Origin: a virus | Direction: 5' to 3' (one strand) | DNA length: 64,000 nucleotides | Virus record (IMG/VR): IMGVR_UViG_3300017917_002108 | Span: 82,605-146,604 of that record | In this document: positions 8,813-16,490 of the stretch, one piece after another | Layout: each line of letters opens with the position of its first letter | How positions within the stretch are numbered: position 1 is the first letter of the stretch | Made by a program: the position numbers and the translations under genes | Notes under the pieces: model-generated | What the model was told of the DNA's origin: nothing | The model's database searches: none | Seen by the model: the letters and a program-made list of their open reading frames with translations, nothing else

Positions 8813-9645
8813 TGAACAAAAGAACTTTATTCATCGGTGATAGTCATACTATGGGGTATAAATCTGTTCCGGATAAAAATGGGCTGGGCAGTTTTACTCA
8901 ATGGAATGATAATAACTATGCAGAAATTTATTCAGAATACAATAAAAAACCTGTAGTCATCTATGCTTTATCGGGAGCAACAAATAGATTGTATACCGAT
9001 TGGCTAAAGTCTATGTTTGAAAAGTACGATGACATTGACGATGTGTTTATATGCCTTTCATCGTTTAATAGATTTATCATTGCCATTGATGATTTAACTA
9101 ACGAAGAAACTCTGCCCATTGATTGGTTTCAATACAAACTTGATAATTCAACAGATACTGTACATAGGTATATGGATGGCATAGTAAGAGACAAAACTAT
9201 GCAACTGTTGAATAAATCAACTTTTGCAGATTATGATAATTTTCCAGGAATAGAATTCAGTGGAGAAGATGGATTAATCACCCCCGATATAAGAAAACAT
9301 ACCTATATGCAGGTTAAATTGTTTTTTGAACTAAACACATATCTCGAAAAGAGAGAATTTTTGAATAGTGTCTATACCTGGGATAATATTTGCAAAGATC
9401 ACGGTGCTCAGCTCCATTTGTTCAATTTTACTAATAGATTAAAATTTCCCAGCGATTTAAGCTATTACGGGAAACTCAAAAATACTAAAGTAGCTACTAA
9501 GACTGTAGAAACCTTTTTATCAGGCCTAGGAATAAATCATAAAGATTATTTAATAGAAGATAAAGAACATTACAATACCGAATATCATGAGTTAGTGGCA
9601 AAAAATTATATACCATGGTTAAAAACATTAAAAAATTACTCATAA
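8812..9645 (+). CDS. SGNH/GDSL-like protein
   Basis: FIGDSHT block I, A.SG..N block II, C-terminal DxxHY; start revised to ATG 8812. Confidence 0.55.
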   Translation: MNKRTLFIGDSHTMGYKSVPDKNGLGSFTQWNDNNYAEIYSEYNKKPVVIYALSGATNRLYTDWLKSMFEKYDDIDDVFICLSSFNRFIIAIDDLTNEETLPIDWFQYKLDNSTDTVHRYMDGIVRDKTMQLLNKSTFADYDNFPGIEFSGEDGLITPDIRKHTYMQVKLFFELNTYLEKREFLNSVYTWDNICKDHGAQLHLFNFTNRLKFPSDLSYYGKLKNTKVATKTVETFLSGLGINHKDYLIEDKEHYNTEYHELVAKNYIPWLKTLKNYS

Positions 9646-10208
9646 CTGGAGATAGTTTTGCTGCTGTTTGGCCGGATTCAACTAATGGTTGGGTTAATCT
9701 ATTGGCGAGAGAATATGAAGTTTGCAATCTGGCTAAAGCAGGAGTTGGCGAATATAAGATCCTAAAACAAATAGAAAATATCAACATAAACAATTTCGAT
9801 TGTGTGATCGTAAGTCATACCAGCCCTAGTAGAATTCATACTAAAAATCATCCTTTGCATACCACAGGTTTTCATAACGAATGTGATCTAATAGTCACAG
9901 ATTTAATGGCACATTGGAATCCCTTGAATAAAAATTTATCAGGGGCCAAATCATTCTTCAAATACCACTATGACGAACAATATCAGTTAGATATCTATAA
10001 ATTGTTGAGGACCAAAATAAATGATCTAATAAACATACCCTATATTAGTGTCTCCCATGTAGAAATAGCTAATCAATTACGAATTGAATCTCGGCATATT
10101 GATTTCAGTGACCTCTGGAAAACAGAAAGAGGTAATGTGAATCACTACACTGACGCAGGGAATAAAATTGTTTACAATCAAATTAAAAATATAATAGAAA
10201 CCATATGA
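9615..10208 (+). CDS. SGNH/GDSL-like protein
   Basis: ITGDSFA, NLAKAGVG, C-terminal NHY...GN. Confidence 0.6.
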   Translation: MVKNIKKLLITGDSFAAVWPDSTNGWVNLLAREYEVCNLAKAGVGEYKILKQIENININNFDCVIVSHTSPSRIHTKNHPLHTTGFHNECDLIVTDLMAHWNPLNKNLSGAKSFFKYHYDEQYQLDIYKLLRTKINDLINIPYISVSHVEIANQLRIESRHIDFSDLWKTERGNVNHYTDAGNKIVYNQIKNIIETI

Positions 10209-10405
10209 ACGATATACATGTAAATTGGAATCCTAAAAAAATCGATCATCTAGGATGGAACGAAATATGTTGCAGAATAACAGAACAATTTGGTCTCCCC
10301 GGAGATCGGTATGTGACTGAGGTCAGCGAAAATTATATGAAATTTAAATTTAGAGATGACCAAGATAGTCTGATGTGTAGGATGCTGTTAAGCGAATACC
10401 TATGA
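10205..10405 (+). CDS. hypothetical protein
   Basis: 66-aa ORF, ATGA overlap, FGLPGDRY motif. Confidence 0.65.
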   Translation: MNDIHVNWNPKKIDHLGWNEICCRITEQFGLPGDRYVTEVSENYMKFKFRDDQDSLMCRMLLSEYL

Positions 10406-10641
10406 TAAAATTTATTTTAGGATTCTTAGCTGCATGTTTGATTTGGGTTTGGGTATTGTCTAATGTTGATATACCCACATATAAAATCTATGACTGTGGT
10501 ATGGCAGAATGGCATCCTGATACACCTCCCGAAGTGAAAGAAGAGTGTAGGAAAAGACGTTATCAAGAATGGATCAATCGACATGAAAGACAAATTAAAA
10601 CACGCATACATGCAGACAGCATTTATTTTTTCAAGACTTAG
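10402..10641 (+). CDS. small membrane-anchored hypothetical protein
   Basis: N-terminal hydrophobic helix, YDC...EECR. Confidence 0.6.
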   Translation: MIKFILGFLAACLIWVWVLSNVDIPTYKIYDCGMAEWHPDTPPEVKEECRKRRYQEWINRHERQIKTRIHADSIYFFKT

Positions 10642-11110
10642 TCATGCTCGTAGATTACACGTTGGCGCTATCATTGTAAAGGATGATAGGATTATTTCTA
10701 TTGGGTATAACGGCATGCCAGCAGGATGGGACAACGATTGTGAAAATAAAGATTATATGTCTAGTGATGCTGGTGGTTGGCTTGATCCTGATGAGATAGA
10801 AGAACGCTGGCCTTATCAAGAACAGCAACTTCCAAAAGATTCTAATATATGGAGACGATATGCTCTCAAAACTAAACCGGAGGTATTACATGCTGAAACG
10901 AATGCGATCGCTAAACTTGCTAGAAGCACTGAGTCTGGGCTCAATGCTACTATGTTTATTACTCATAGTCCTTGCCTTGATTGTGCAAAGCTCATTTATC
11001 AAAGTGGCATTAATGCTGTCTATTATGCTCATGCTTATCGTAACGAAGATGGAATATCGTTCCTCAAAGCATCGGGAGTAGATGTTGAAAAATTGGACGT
11101 TAACAGTTAA
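10583..11110 (+). CDS. dCMP deaminase (CMP/dCMP deaminase family)
   Basis: VGAIIVKD, SIGYNG, HAETNAI, SPCLDC. Confidence 0.92.
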   Translation: MKDKLKHAYMQTAFIFSRLSHARRLHVGAIIVKDDRIISIGYNGMPAGWDNDCENKDYMSSDAGGWLDPDEIEERWPYQEQQLPKDSNIWRRYALKTKPEVLHAETNAIAKLARSTESGLNATMFITHSPCLDCAKLIYQSGINAVYYAHAYRNEDGISFLKASGVDVEKLDVNS

Positions 11111-11273
11111 CGACGACGGAGTAATTGTTCTTCCAGATGATCTGTTAACAGACCTAGGATGGACAGAAGGGGATACTCTTAAATGGATTGACAATCATAA
11201 TGGTTCGTGGAGTATTGTCAAGGAAGAAGACTTGACAAACTTTATTAAAAAAGGTATAATAAGTAATGAGTAA
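11082..11273 (+). CDS. AbrB/MazE/SpoVT-like DNA-binding protein
   Basis: V...G.IVLPDDL...LGW.EGD.L pattern. Confidence 0.65.
   Translation: MLKNWTLTVNDDGVIVLPDDLLTDLGWTEGDTLKWIDNHNGSWSIVKEEDLTNFIKKGIISNE
11232..11260 (+). promoter_or_regulatory. perfect sigma70 consensus promoter for queE
   Basis: TTGACA(11232-11237)-17 bp-TATAAT(11255-11260), ATG 5 nt downstream. Confidence 0.8.
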
Positions 11274-12120
11274 AATAAAAATCGCAGAGCTGTTTTACAG
11301 CATCCAAGGTGAAGGACGCTATATGGGGGTGCCCAGTGTGTTCCTTAGAACCTTTGGCTGTAACTTTAAATGTGCTGGGTTTGGAATGCCTAGGGGTGAA
11401 CTAAGCTCAGAAGTAGAAGCCATTGCTGCTAGAGTATCGGAGTTTAAGAAGTATGAAGAACTTCCATTGGTTTCTACTGGTTGTGATAGCTATGCTAGCT
11501 GGGATCCTCGCTTTAAGGATCTTAGTCCAATGCTTACTATTGACGCCATCGCAGAAAGAATCTGCGAAATTTTACCATTCAACGGATGGCGAGAAGAGCA
11601 CTTGGTTATTACAGGAGGAGAACCGTTGCTTGGGTGGCAACGTGCTTACCCAGAATTGCTGAGACATCCTAAGATGCAAGGCCTTAAAGAAATCACATTT
11701 GAAACAAATGGTACTCAACCTCTAACAGAAGAATTTAAAGATTACTTATTGGAATGGTTGATGCCTCATCCAGAATATCAAAAAGAAATCACATTCAGCG
11801 TCAGTGCCAAACTAAGTTGTAGTGGCGAGGAAAGGCATGAAGCCATACGTCCAGAAGTAGTATGCGGATATCAAGACTGGGGACATACTTATCTTAAATT
11901 TGTTGTAGCCACAGAAGAAGACGTAGAAGAAGCTATTGAAACAGCAGATATCTATCGTGCAGAAGGATTTACTGGTTCAATTTACTTGATGCCTGTGGGC
12001 GGTGTTGAAAGTGTGTACACACTAAATAATCGTCGCGTAGCAGAACTAGCGATGAAGAACGGACTAAGATATAGCGACAGATTGCAGGTGCCGCTGTTTA
12101 AAAATGAATGGGGAACTTGA
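11266..12120 (+). CDS. queE: 7-carboxy-7-deazaguanine synthase (radical SAM)
   Basis: ELFYSIQGEG...GVPSVFLRTFGCN, CDS, ITGGEPL, ETNGT, LKFVV, RLQV. Confidence 0.9.
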   Translation: MSKIKIAELFYSIQGEGRYMGVPSVFLRTFGCNFKCAGFGMPRGELSSEVEAIAARVSEFKKYEELPLVSTGCDSYASWDPRFKDLSPMLTIDAIAERICEILPFNGWREEHLVITGGEPLLGWQRAYPELLRHPKMQGLKEITFETNGTQPLTEEFKDYLLEWLMPHPEYQKEITFSVSAKLSCSGEERHEAIRPEVVCGYQDWGHTYLKFVVATEEDVEEAIETADIYRAEGFTGSIYLMPVGGVESVYTLNNRRVAELAMKNGLRYSDRLQVPLFKNEWGT

Positions 12121-12584
12121 TGTTTACAAAAATAATTAAAAAAATTACAGGTATTGATAAACTTGAAGCCAGTATTGCTGAGATGCAGGCCAAAGAACTA
12201 GAAGTGGTTGAGAAATTAGCTGCCAATCAACGAGAAGTAGAAAGAGCAAGACAGGCCGTAGAAGCAGCCAAAGAAGAAGAAGAATTAGCCAAACTTAATC
12301 CAAAAGAACGTGCTACCAGAAAAAAAGAACCGTGGGTAGCTGTGCTTAACACACATGTTAATAAAGACAATATCAGGAATGGATTCTTTGAGCTTGACTG
12401 GAATGAGTATTTCGTGCTAAAATTAAAGCAAGAAGGATACGGTTTTGACGGGGACAAAGACGAAGAAATCGTAGATCGGTGGTTCAGAGAGCTCTGTGCT
12501 AATGTGGTAGTTGACGAAGGTGGCAACTTACCTGTTAATACAGGGGTTATTGATATTCAAAGTGTGAAAAAGAATAACCTATGA
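12120..12584 (+). CDS. hypothetical protein with N-terminal coiled coil
   Basis: Start revised to ATG 12120; GFFELDWN..F motif. Confidence 0.7.
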   Translation: MFTKIIKKITGIDKLEASIAEMQAKELEVVEKLAANQREVERARQAVEAAKEEEELAKLNPKERATRKKEPWVAVLNTHVNKDNIRNGFFELDWNEYFVLKLKQEGYGFDGDKDEEIVDRWFRELCANVVVDEGGNLPVNTGVIDIQSVKKNNL

Positions 12585-13567
12585 CATATATTTTAGTTGA
12601 TACTGCTAACACATTCTTTCGTGCTAGGCATGTTATTAACGGCGATGCCGATATCAAGCTGGGTATGGCATTTCATATTACTCTAAACTCTATTCGTAAA
12701 GCATGGCAGCAATTCCATGGCAGTCATGTTATTTTCTGTTTAGAGGGAAGATCTTGGCGCAAGGACTACTACGAACCATATAAACGCAATCGTGCAGAAG
12801 CCCGTGCTGCACATACAGAAAAAGAACAAGAAGAAGATCGTGTATTCTGGGAAGCTTTTGATACATTCAAAGAGTTTATCACAGACAAGACTAATTGTAC
12901 AGTTCTACGAAATGATCAGCTAGAAGCAGATGATCTCATAGCAGGTTGGATACAAAGTCATCCGGACGATAATCACGTTATCATTTCGACAGACACAGAT
13001 TTCGTGCAACTTATCGCACCTAATGTAAAACAGTATAACGGTGTAATGGAATATACAATTACACACGAAGGAATCTTTGATGACAAAGGTAAACCGGTCA
13101 TTGACAAAAAAACCAAAGAACCAAAAGCAGCCCCAAACCCGGAATGGCTCTTATTCGAAAAGTGTATGCGTGGTGATACCAGTGATAATGTCTTCTCAGC
13201 GTATCCGGGTGTGCGTACTAAAGGCACAAGCAAAAAAGTGGGTCTTGCTGAAGCGTTCGAAGATCGTGGCACCAAAGGATTTGCGTGGAACAATCTCATG
13301 CTTCAGAGATGGACTGACCACGAAGGCAAAGAACATAGGGTCCTAGAAGATTATGAACGCAATCGTCGACTAATCGATCTTAGCTATCAGCCAGACCACA
13401 TAAGAGAAATAATCTCTTCAACTATTTCTACAGCAATTACATCAAACAAAAATATCAGCCAAGTGGGAATCAGATTAATTAAATTCTGTAATCTCTATGA
13501 TTTGAAAAAGATTTCAGAACAGGCACAATCATATGCCGAACCATTAAATGCGAGGTATACAATATGA
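12581..13567 (+). CDS. rnh: RNase H / 5'-3' exonuclease (T4 RNase H / FEN family)
   Basis: LVDT.N, SWRK..Y..YK.NR, LEADD, ISTDTDF.QL, GDTSDNV. Confidence 0.9.
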   Translation: MTYILVDTANTFFRARHVINGDADIKLGMAFHITLNSIRKAWQQFHGSHVIFCLEGRSWRKDYYEPYKRNRAEARAAHTEKEQEEDRVFWEAFDTFKEFITDKTNCTVLRNDQLEADDLIAGWIQSHPDDNHVIISTDTDFVQLIAPNVKQYNGVMEYTITHEGIFDDKGKPVIDKKTKEPKAAPNPEWLLFEKCMRGDTSDNVFSAYPGVRTKGTSKKVGLAEAFEDRGTKGFAWNNLMLQRWTDHEGKEHRVLEDYERNRRLIDLSYQPDHIREIISSTISTAITSNKNISQVGIRLIKFCNLYDLKKISEQAQSYAEPLNARYTI

Positions 13568-14040
13568 CAGAGTTACATGCAAAACCAATCATTAAAGATA
13601 AATTTTGGATAGTAGAAAAAGACGGAGAAAAATTTGCTACGTTGCGTAAAAACGAAGATGACAGATTTATCATGAGTAATGAATTAGGTATTAAAATATA
13701 TGATAATCAAGAAAGTCTAACTCGTCAGTTTGGTAAAGATTTTTTTATTGCTAAAATTGTTCAAGAATCCGATGACAATCTACCTAACGAAGTTCACGGT
13801 TATCAGGCCAGTACCACACCGTTCAACTCAATGTTCGATATAAAAAGAAAGCTGCCGTTGTTTACTAAAAGTGATGACAGCAAAAGTTTATATTGTGCTG
13901 GTTACTATGTTATTCGTTTCGATAAAGGTTGGGTAAAAAGTTTTTGTCCCAAACTCATTACTCTACAACGATATGAATATCGAGGTCCGTTTAAAACAGA
14001 ACTTGAAATGAAACAGGTGCTATCTAATGTCTCAAAATAA
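13564..14040 (+). CDS. hypothetical protein
   Basis: 158-aa ORF, GAGG RBS, ATGA overlap. Confidence 0.75.
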   Translation: MTELHAKPIIKDKFWIVEKDGEKFATLRKNEDDRFIMSNELGIKIYDNQESLTRQFGKDFFIAKIVQESDDNLPNEVHGYQASTTPFNSMFDIKRKLPLFTKSDDSKSLYCAGYYVIRFDKGWVKSFCPKLITLQRYEYRGPFKTELEMKQVLSNVSK

Positions 14041-14275
14041 TATTCCTAATAATTTACCCACTGTAGAAAAATTAATTCAGCGAGTTAATATGGCTGAAAA
14101 AAGTCAGCAGAAAGAGATTAGAATCACTGTACAAGAAGCCAGAGATTTAACTAACGAATTAGCTGTTATAACTTCTAAACTAGGTAGAACTATCCAAGAA
14201 ATACATCAAACGCTAAATGAGATTAAGCAGTCTACATCTCAAATAGACATTAAATTCGACGGCGGAACATTCTAA
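14027..14275 (+). CDS. hypothetical coiled-coil protein
   Basis: 82-aa ORF ending DGGTF. Confidence 0.7.
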   Translation: MSQNNIPNNLPTVEKLIQRVNMAEKSQQKEIRITVQEARDLTNELAVITSKLGRTIQEIHQTLNEIKQSTSQIDIKFDGGTF

Positions 14276-14280
14276 AAAGA

Positions 14281-14318
14281 CATAAATATATACGTGGTTA
14301 ATTAGGAACACGTATATA
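14281..14318 (+). promoter_or_regulatory. T4-like late promoter (cATAAATA) overlapping a 10-bp inverted repeat that encloses the RBS
   Basis: ATAAATA 14282-14288; TATATACGTG 14287-14296 / CACGTATATA 14309-14318; AGGA in loop; ATG 14319. Confidence 0.7.
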
Positions 14319-14603
14319 ATGAGCAGACCAAAACCCAAGGTTATTCTTGAATACGCAAATAAGGAAACTTACAAGGTCGAACAGATACTTGAAAGTGAGG
14401 CCATATGGGCTGTATTCTACAAGGGTCAACCGTTTAATTTGAAAAGCGGTAGTCTCTTGGCATCATACCCTGGTCCAAAATACAAGAAAGTAAGTTTTAG
14501 TAATCCCGGACATGCACACAATCTAGCTAAGAAACTAAACAGATTATTTAAAACCAAAGACTTTTCTGTATATAAACTGAACCAAGGTGAGAGAATAGAA
14601 TAA
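14319..14603 (+). CDS. basic hypothetical protein (likely late)
   Basis: 94 aa, Lys-rich, follows late promoter. Confidence 0.75.
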   Translation: MSRPKPKVILEYANKETYKVEQILESEAIWAVFYKGQPFNLKSGSLLASYPGPKYKKVSFSNPGHAHNLAKKLNRLFKTKDFSVYKLNQGERIE

Positions 14604-14604
14604 T

Positions 14605-14994
14605 ATGAATATCAAGGATACCTATACAACGGTATTCCTAAGAGCGGCAGGACAACCGTTTACAGAGCAAACTGTTAAAAGTCTCAAGGGAAAATGGTGG
14701 TACAGTACCAGAGATAAAGAAGTTGGCGGCCTTCGCATAACTGACGATTGCTTGCAATTTGTCCGTGATAATGCTAAAATAAAAACATATGAAATCGATC
14801 TACCCAAGGATCTTATTCTTGGCCCGCAGGTCTTATTATGGTTGGATCAATTTTTAAATTCACCATTTCATTTAACCAAAAAAAATATCACAGTGTTGTC
14901 AGAAAAAACTGCTTTTGAACTGTATTTGTTTTCAGGTGATGTGAAAAAAATGGGTTCTGCAAAGGCAATGAATAAAAGACTTAATCAAGAATAA
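14605..14994 (+). CDS. hypothetical protein
   Basis: 129-aa ORF. Confidence 0.75.
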   Translation: MNIKDTYTTVFLRAAGQPFTEQTVKSLKGKWWYSTRDKEVGGLRITDDCLQFVRDNAKIKTYEIDLPKDLILGPQVLLWLDQFLNSPFHLTKKNITVLSEKTAFELYLFSGDVKKMGSAKAMNKRLNQE

Positions 14995-15015
14995 GCCCTT
15001 AAATTTTTCACACAA

Positions 15016-15022
15016 GTAAATA
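15016..15022 (+). promoter_or_regulatory. T4-like late promoter (GTAAATA)
   Basis: Intergenic TAAATA, 7 nt before ATG 15030. Confidence 0.55.
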
Positions 15023-15029
15023 ATTCGCT

Positions 15030-15302
15030 ATGATTGAAATTAATGCCCTAGACGTACTTAATCGTAGAAAAGTTGATTATATTCCTAATCATTTTTCTAG
15101 AATGAAGGTCAACGACAGCGAAGCCAATATTGTCGAAACTGAATTTTGGATTAAGAATAAGCTACGAGGACGATATTTTTTACTTAAAATTCCTGCTATT
15201 TCGCATGATGGAAAATTAAAAAATAATACTGTCGTGGGATTTGAAAATCATAAAGAGCTAACGTATTTTATGTTGGCCTGTCCACATTTAAGGAGAACAT
15301 GA
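15030..15302 (+). CDS. hypothetical protein
   Basis: 90-aa ORF. Confidence 0.7.
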   Translation: MIEINALDVLNRRKVDYIPNHFSRMKVNDSEANIVETEFWIKNKLRGRYFLLKIPAISHDGKLKNNTVVGFENHKELTYFMLACPHLRRT

Positions 15303-15532
15303 TGACTGACGAAATTAAACAAGAAACAGCACCAGCACCTGAAACCGCTGCACCGCAAGCTGCCGCACCACAGGGTCCAGATTTAAATCTAAGCGATCTA
15401 TCTGCACTAAGAAGTATCGTAGATGTAGCTAGTCAAAGAGGAGCATTCAAAGCGGGAGAATTAGAATCAGTAGGTAAAGTTTACAATAAACTTTCAAACT
15501 TTCTAGACTCTGTCGCTAAGAAGGAGGCTTAA
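15299..15532 (+). CDS. hypothetical protein with Ala/Pro-rich N-terminus
   Basis: AAGGAG RBS; IVDVASQRGAFK motif. Confidence 0.75.
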   Translation: MMTDEIKQETAPAPETAAPQAAAPQGPDLNLSDLSALRSIVDVASQRGAFKAGELESVGKVYNKLSNFLDSVAKKEA

Positions 15533-15534
15533 TC

Positions 15535-16188
15535 ATGGCCGCTCCTTTAAAACACATAGGTAGAATTAAATCAAATAACAGCAAAGTTCTAACAATTTTT
15601 AGAACATTACCCGGCGAATCAAATATGGCCTTAGTATTGCCAGTAGCCAATCTTTCAGATTCGTATCACGATTCTGTGATGAAATTAGTAGAAACCGAAC
15701 AGGCTCAAGAAGCATTTGAGTTTGGAGAAATTATGTTCACCAGAACATTTCCAGATGGAAGACCTATGTTACAGGCCATGCAGGTAGATAACCAACTTCT
15801 ACGAGTTCCTACAGATACTGTTGAGATGATTCCTACTCCAGGCAGCAGTATTGATCTTCATCAATTAAATATCCTGATCGCAGAACAAAAAAACTGTGCG
15901 GTTGACGATCTTTATACATTCGTTTCCGGTGCACCTAAAAAAACTGATGCGGTAGTAGAAGATGTGGCCAAAATAGAGAATCTAGGCAGAGATGTAGGTG
16001 AACCGAATATTCCTAAACCATTAAAGGCTAAAGAAAATGAAGTTTTATCAGATCTTGATCTAGCCAAATCATATCGTAGCCAAGCAGATGCCATGTATAA
16101 AGAGGCTGCAAGATTACGTAAACAAGCAGATGAATTAGATCCGCCAAAAAAGAAAACTGTAAAGGCAGCCGAAACCGCCGATGCCTAA
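15535..16188 (+). CDS. hypothetical protein
   Basis: 217 aa, AAGGAGG RBS. Confidence 0.8.
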   Translation: MAAPLKHIGRIKSNNSKVLTIFRTLPGESNMALVLPVANLSDSYHDSVMKLVETEQAQEAFEFGEIMFTRTFPDGRPMLQAMQVDNQLLRVPTDTVEMIPTPGSSIDLHQLNILIAEQKNCAVDDLYTFVSGAPKKTDAVVEDVAKIENLGRDVGEPNIPKPLKAKENEVLSDLDLAKSYRSQADAMYKEAARLRKQADELDPPKKKTVKAAETADA

Positions 16189-16489
16189 GCCTTTATTTAA
16201 ACCTCCAAAACATTTAGTACAAGAATGGCCGGAGGTATTTGAAGATCTCTACATGAATACTATGCCTGTACACTATCTAGAAAGTGTAAGGTTAGAATTT
16301 CAGAATGGAAGAGTATGGGAAATAAATGTTGCTGATCAACTGAATCTTTCAGCCAGCGAAATAATTGCCGATAGATTAATAGAGACCTTTGCAGAATATA
16401 AAGATGATATCAAGAAAATTGATTTTAAAATCAATATACTAAAATTAAAAGACGATATACAAAGTCAATCAAATAATATATTGAACTAA
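16181..16489 (+). CDS. hypothetical protein
   Basis: 102-aa ORF overlapping upstream stop. Confidence 0.7.
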   Translation: MPKPLFKPPKHLVQEWPEVFEDLYMNTMPVHYLESVRLEFQNGRVWEINVADQLNLSASEIIADRLIETFAEYKDDIKKIDFKINILKLKDDIQSQSNNILN

Positions 16490-16490
16490 T

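Noticed and set aside
11082-11273. Toxin-antitoxin module
   Set aside because: The AbrB/MazE-like gene has no adjacent toxin; its neighbours are dCMP deaminase and queE
14319-16489. RiPP precursor peptide for the radical SAM array
   Set aside because: No short leader/core-type peptide, PqqD/RRE domain, peptidase or exporter is recognisable; cannot be fully excluded
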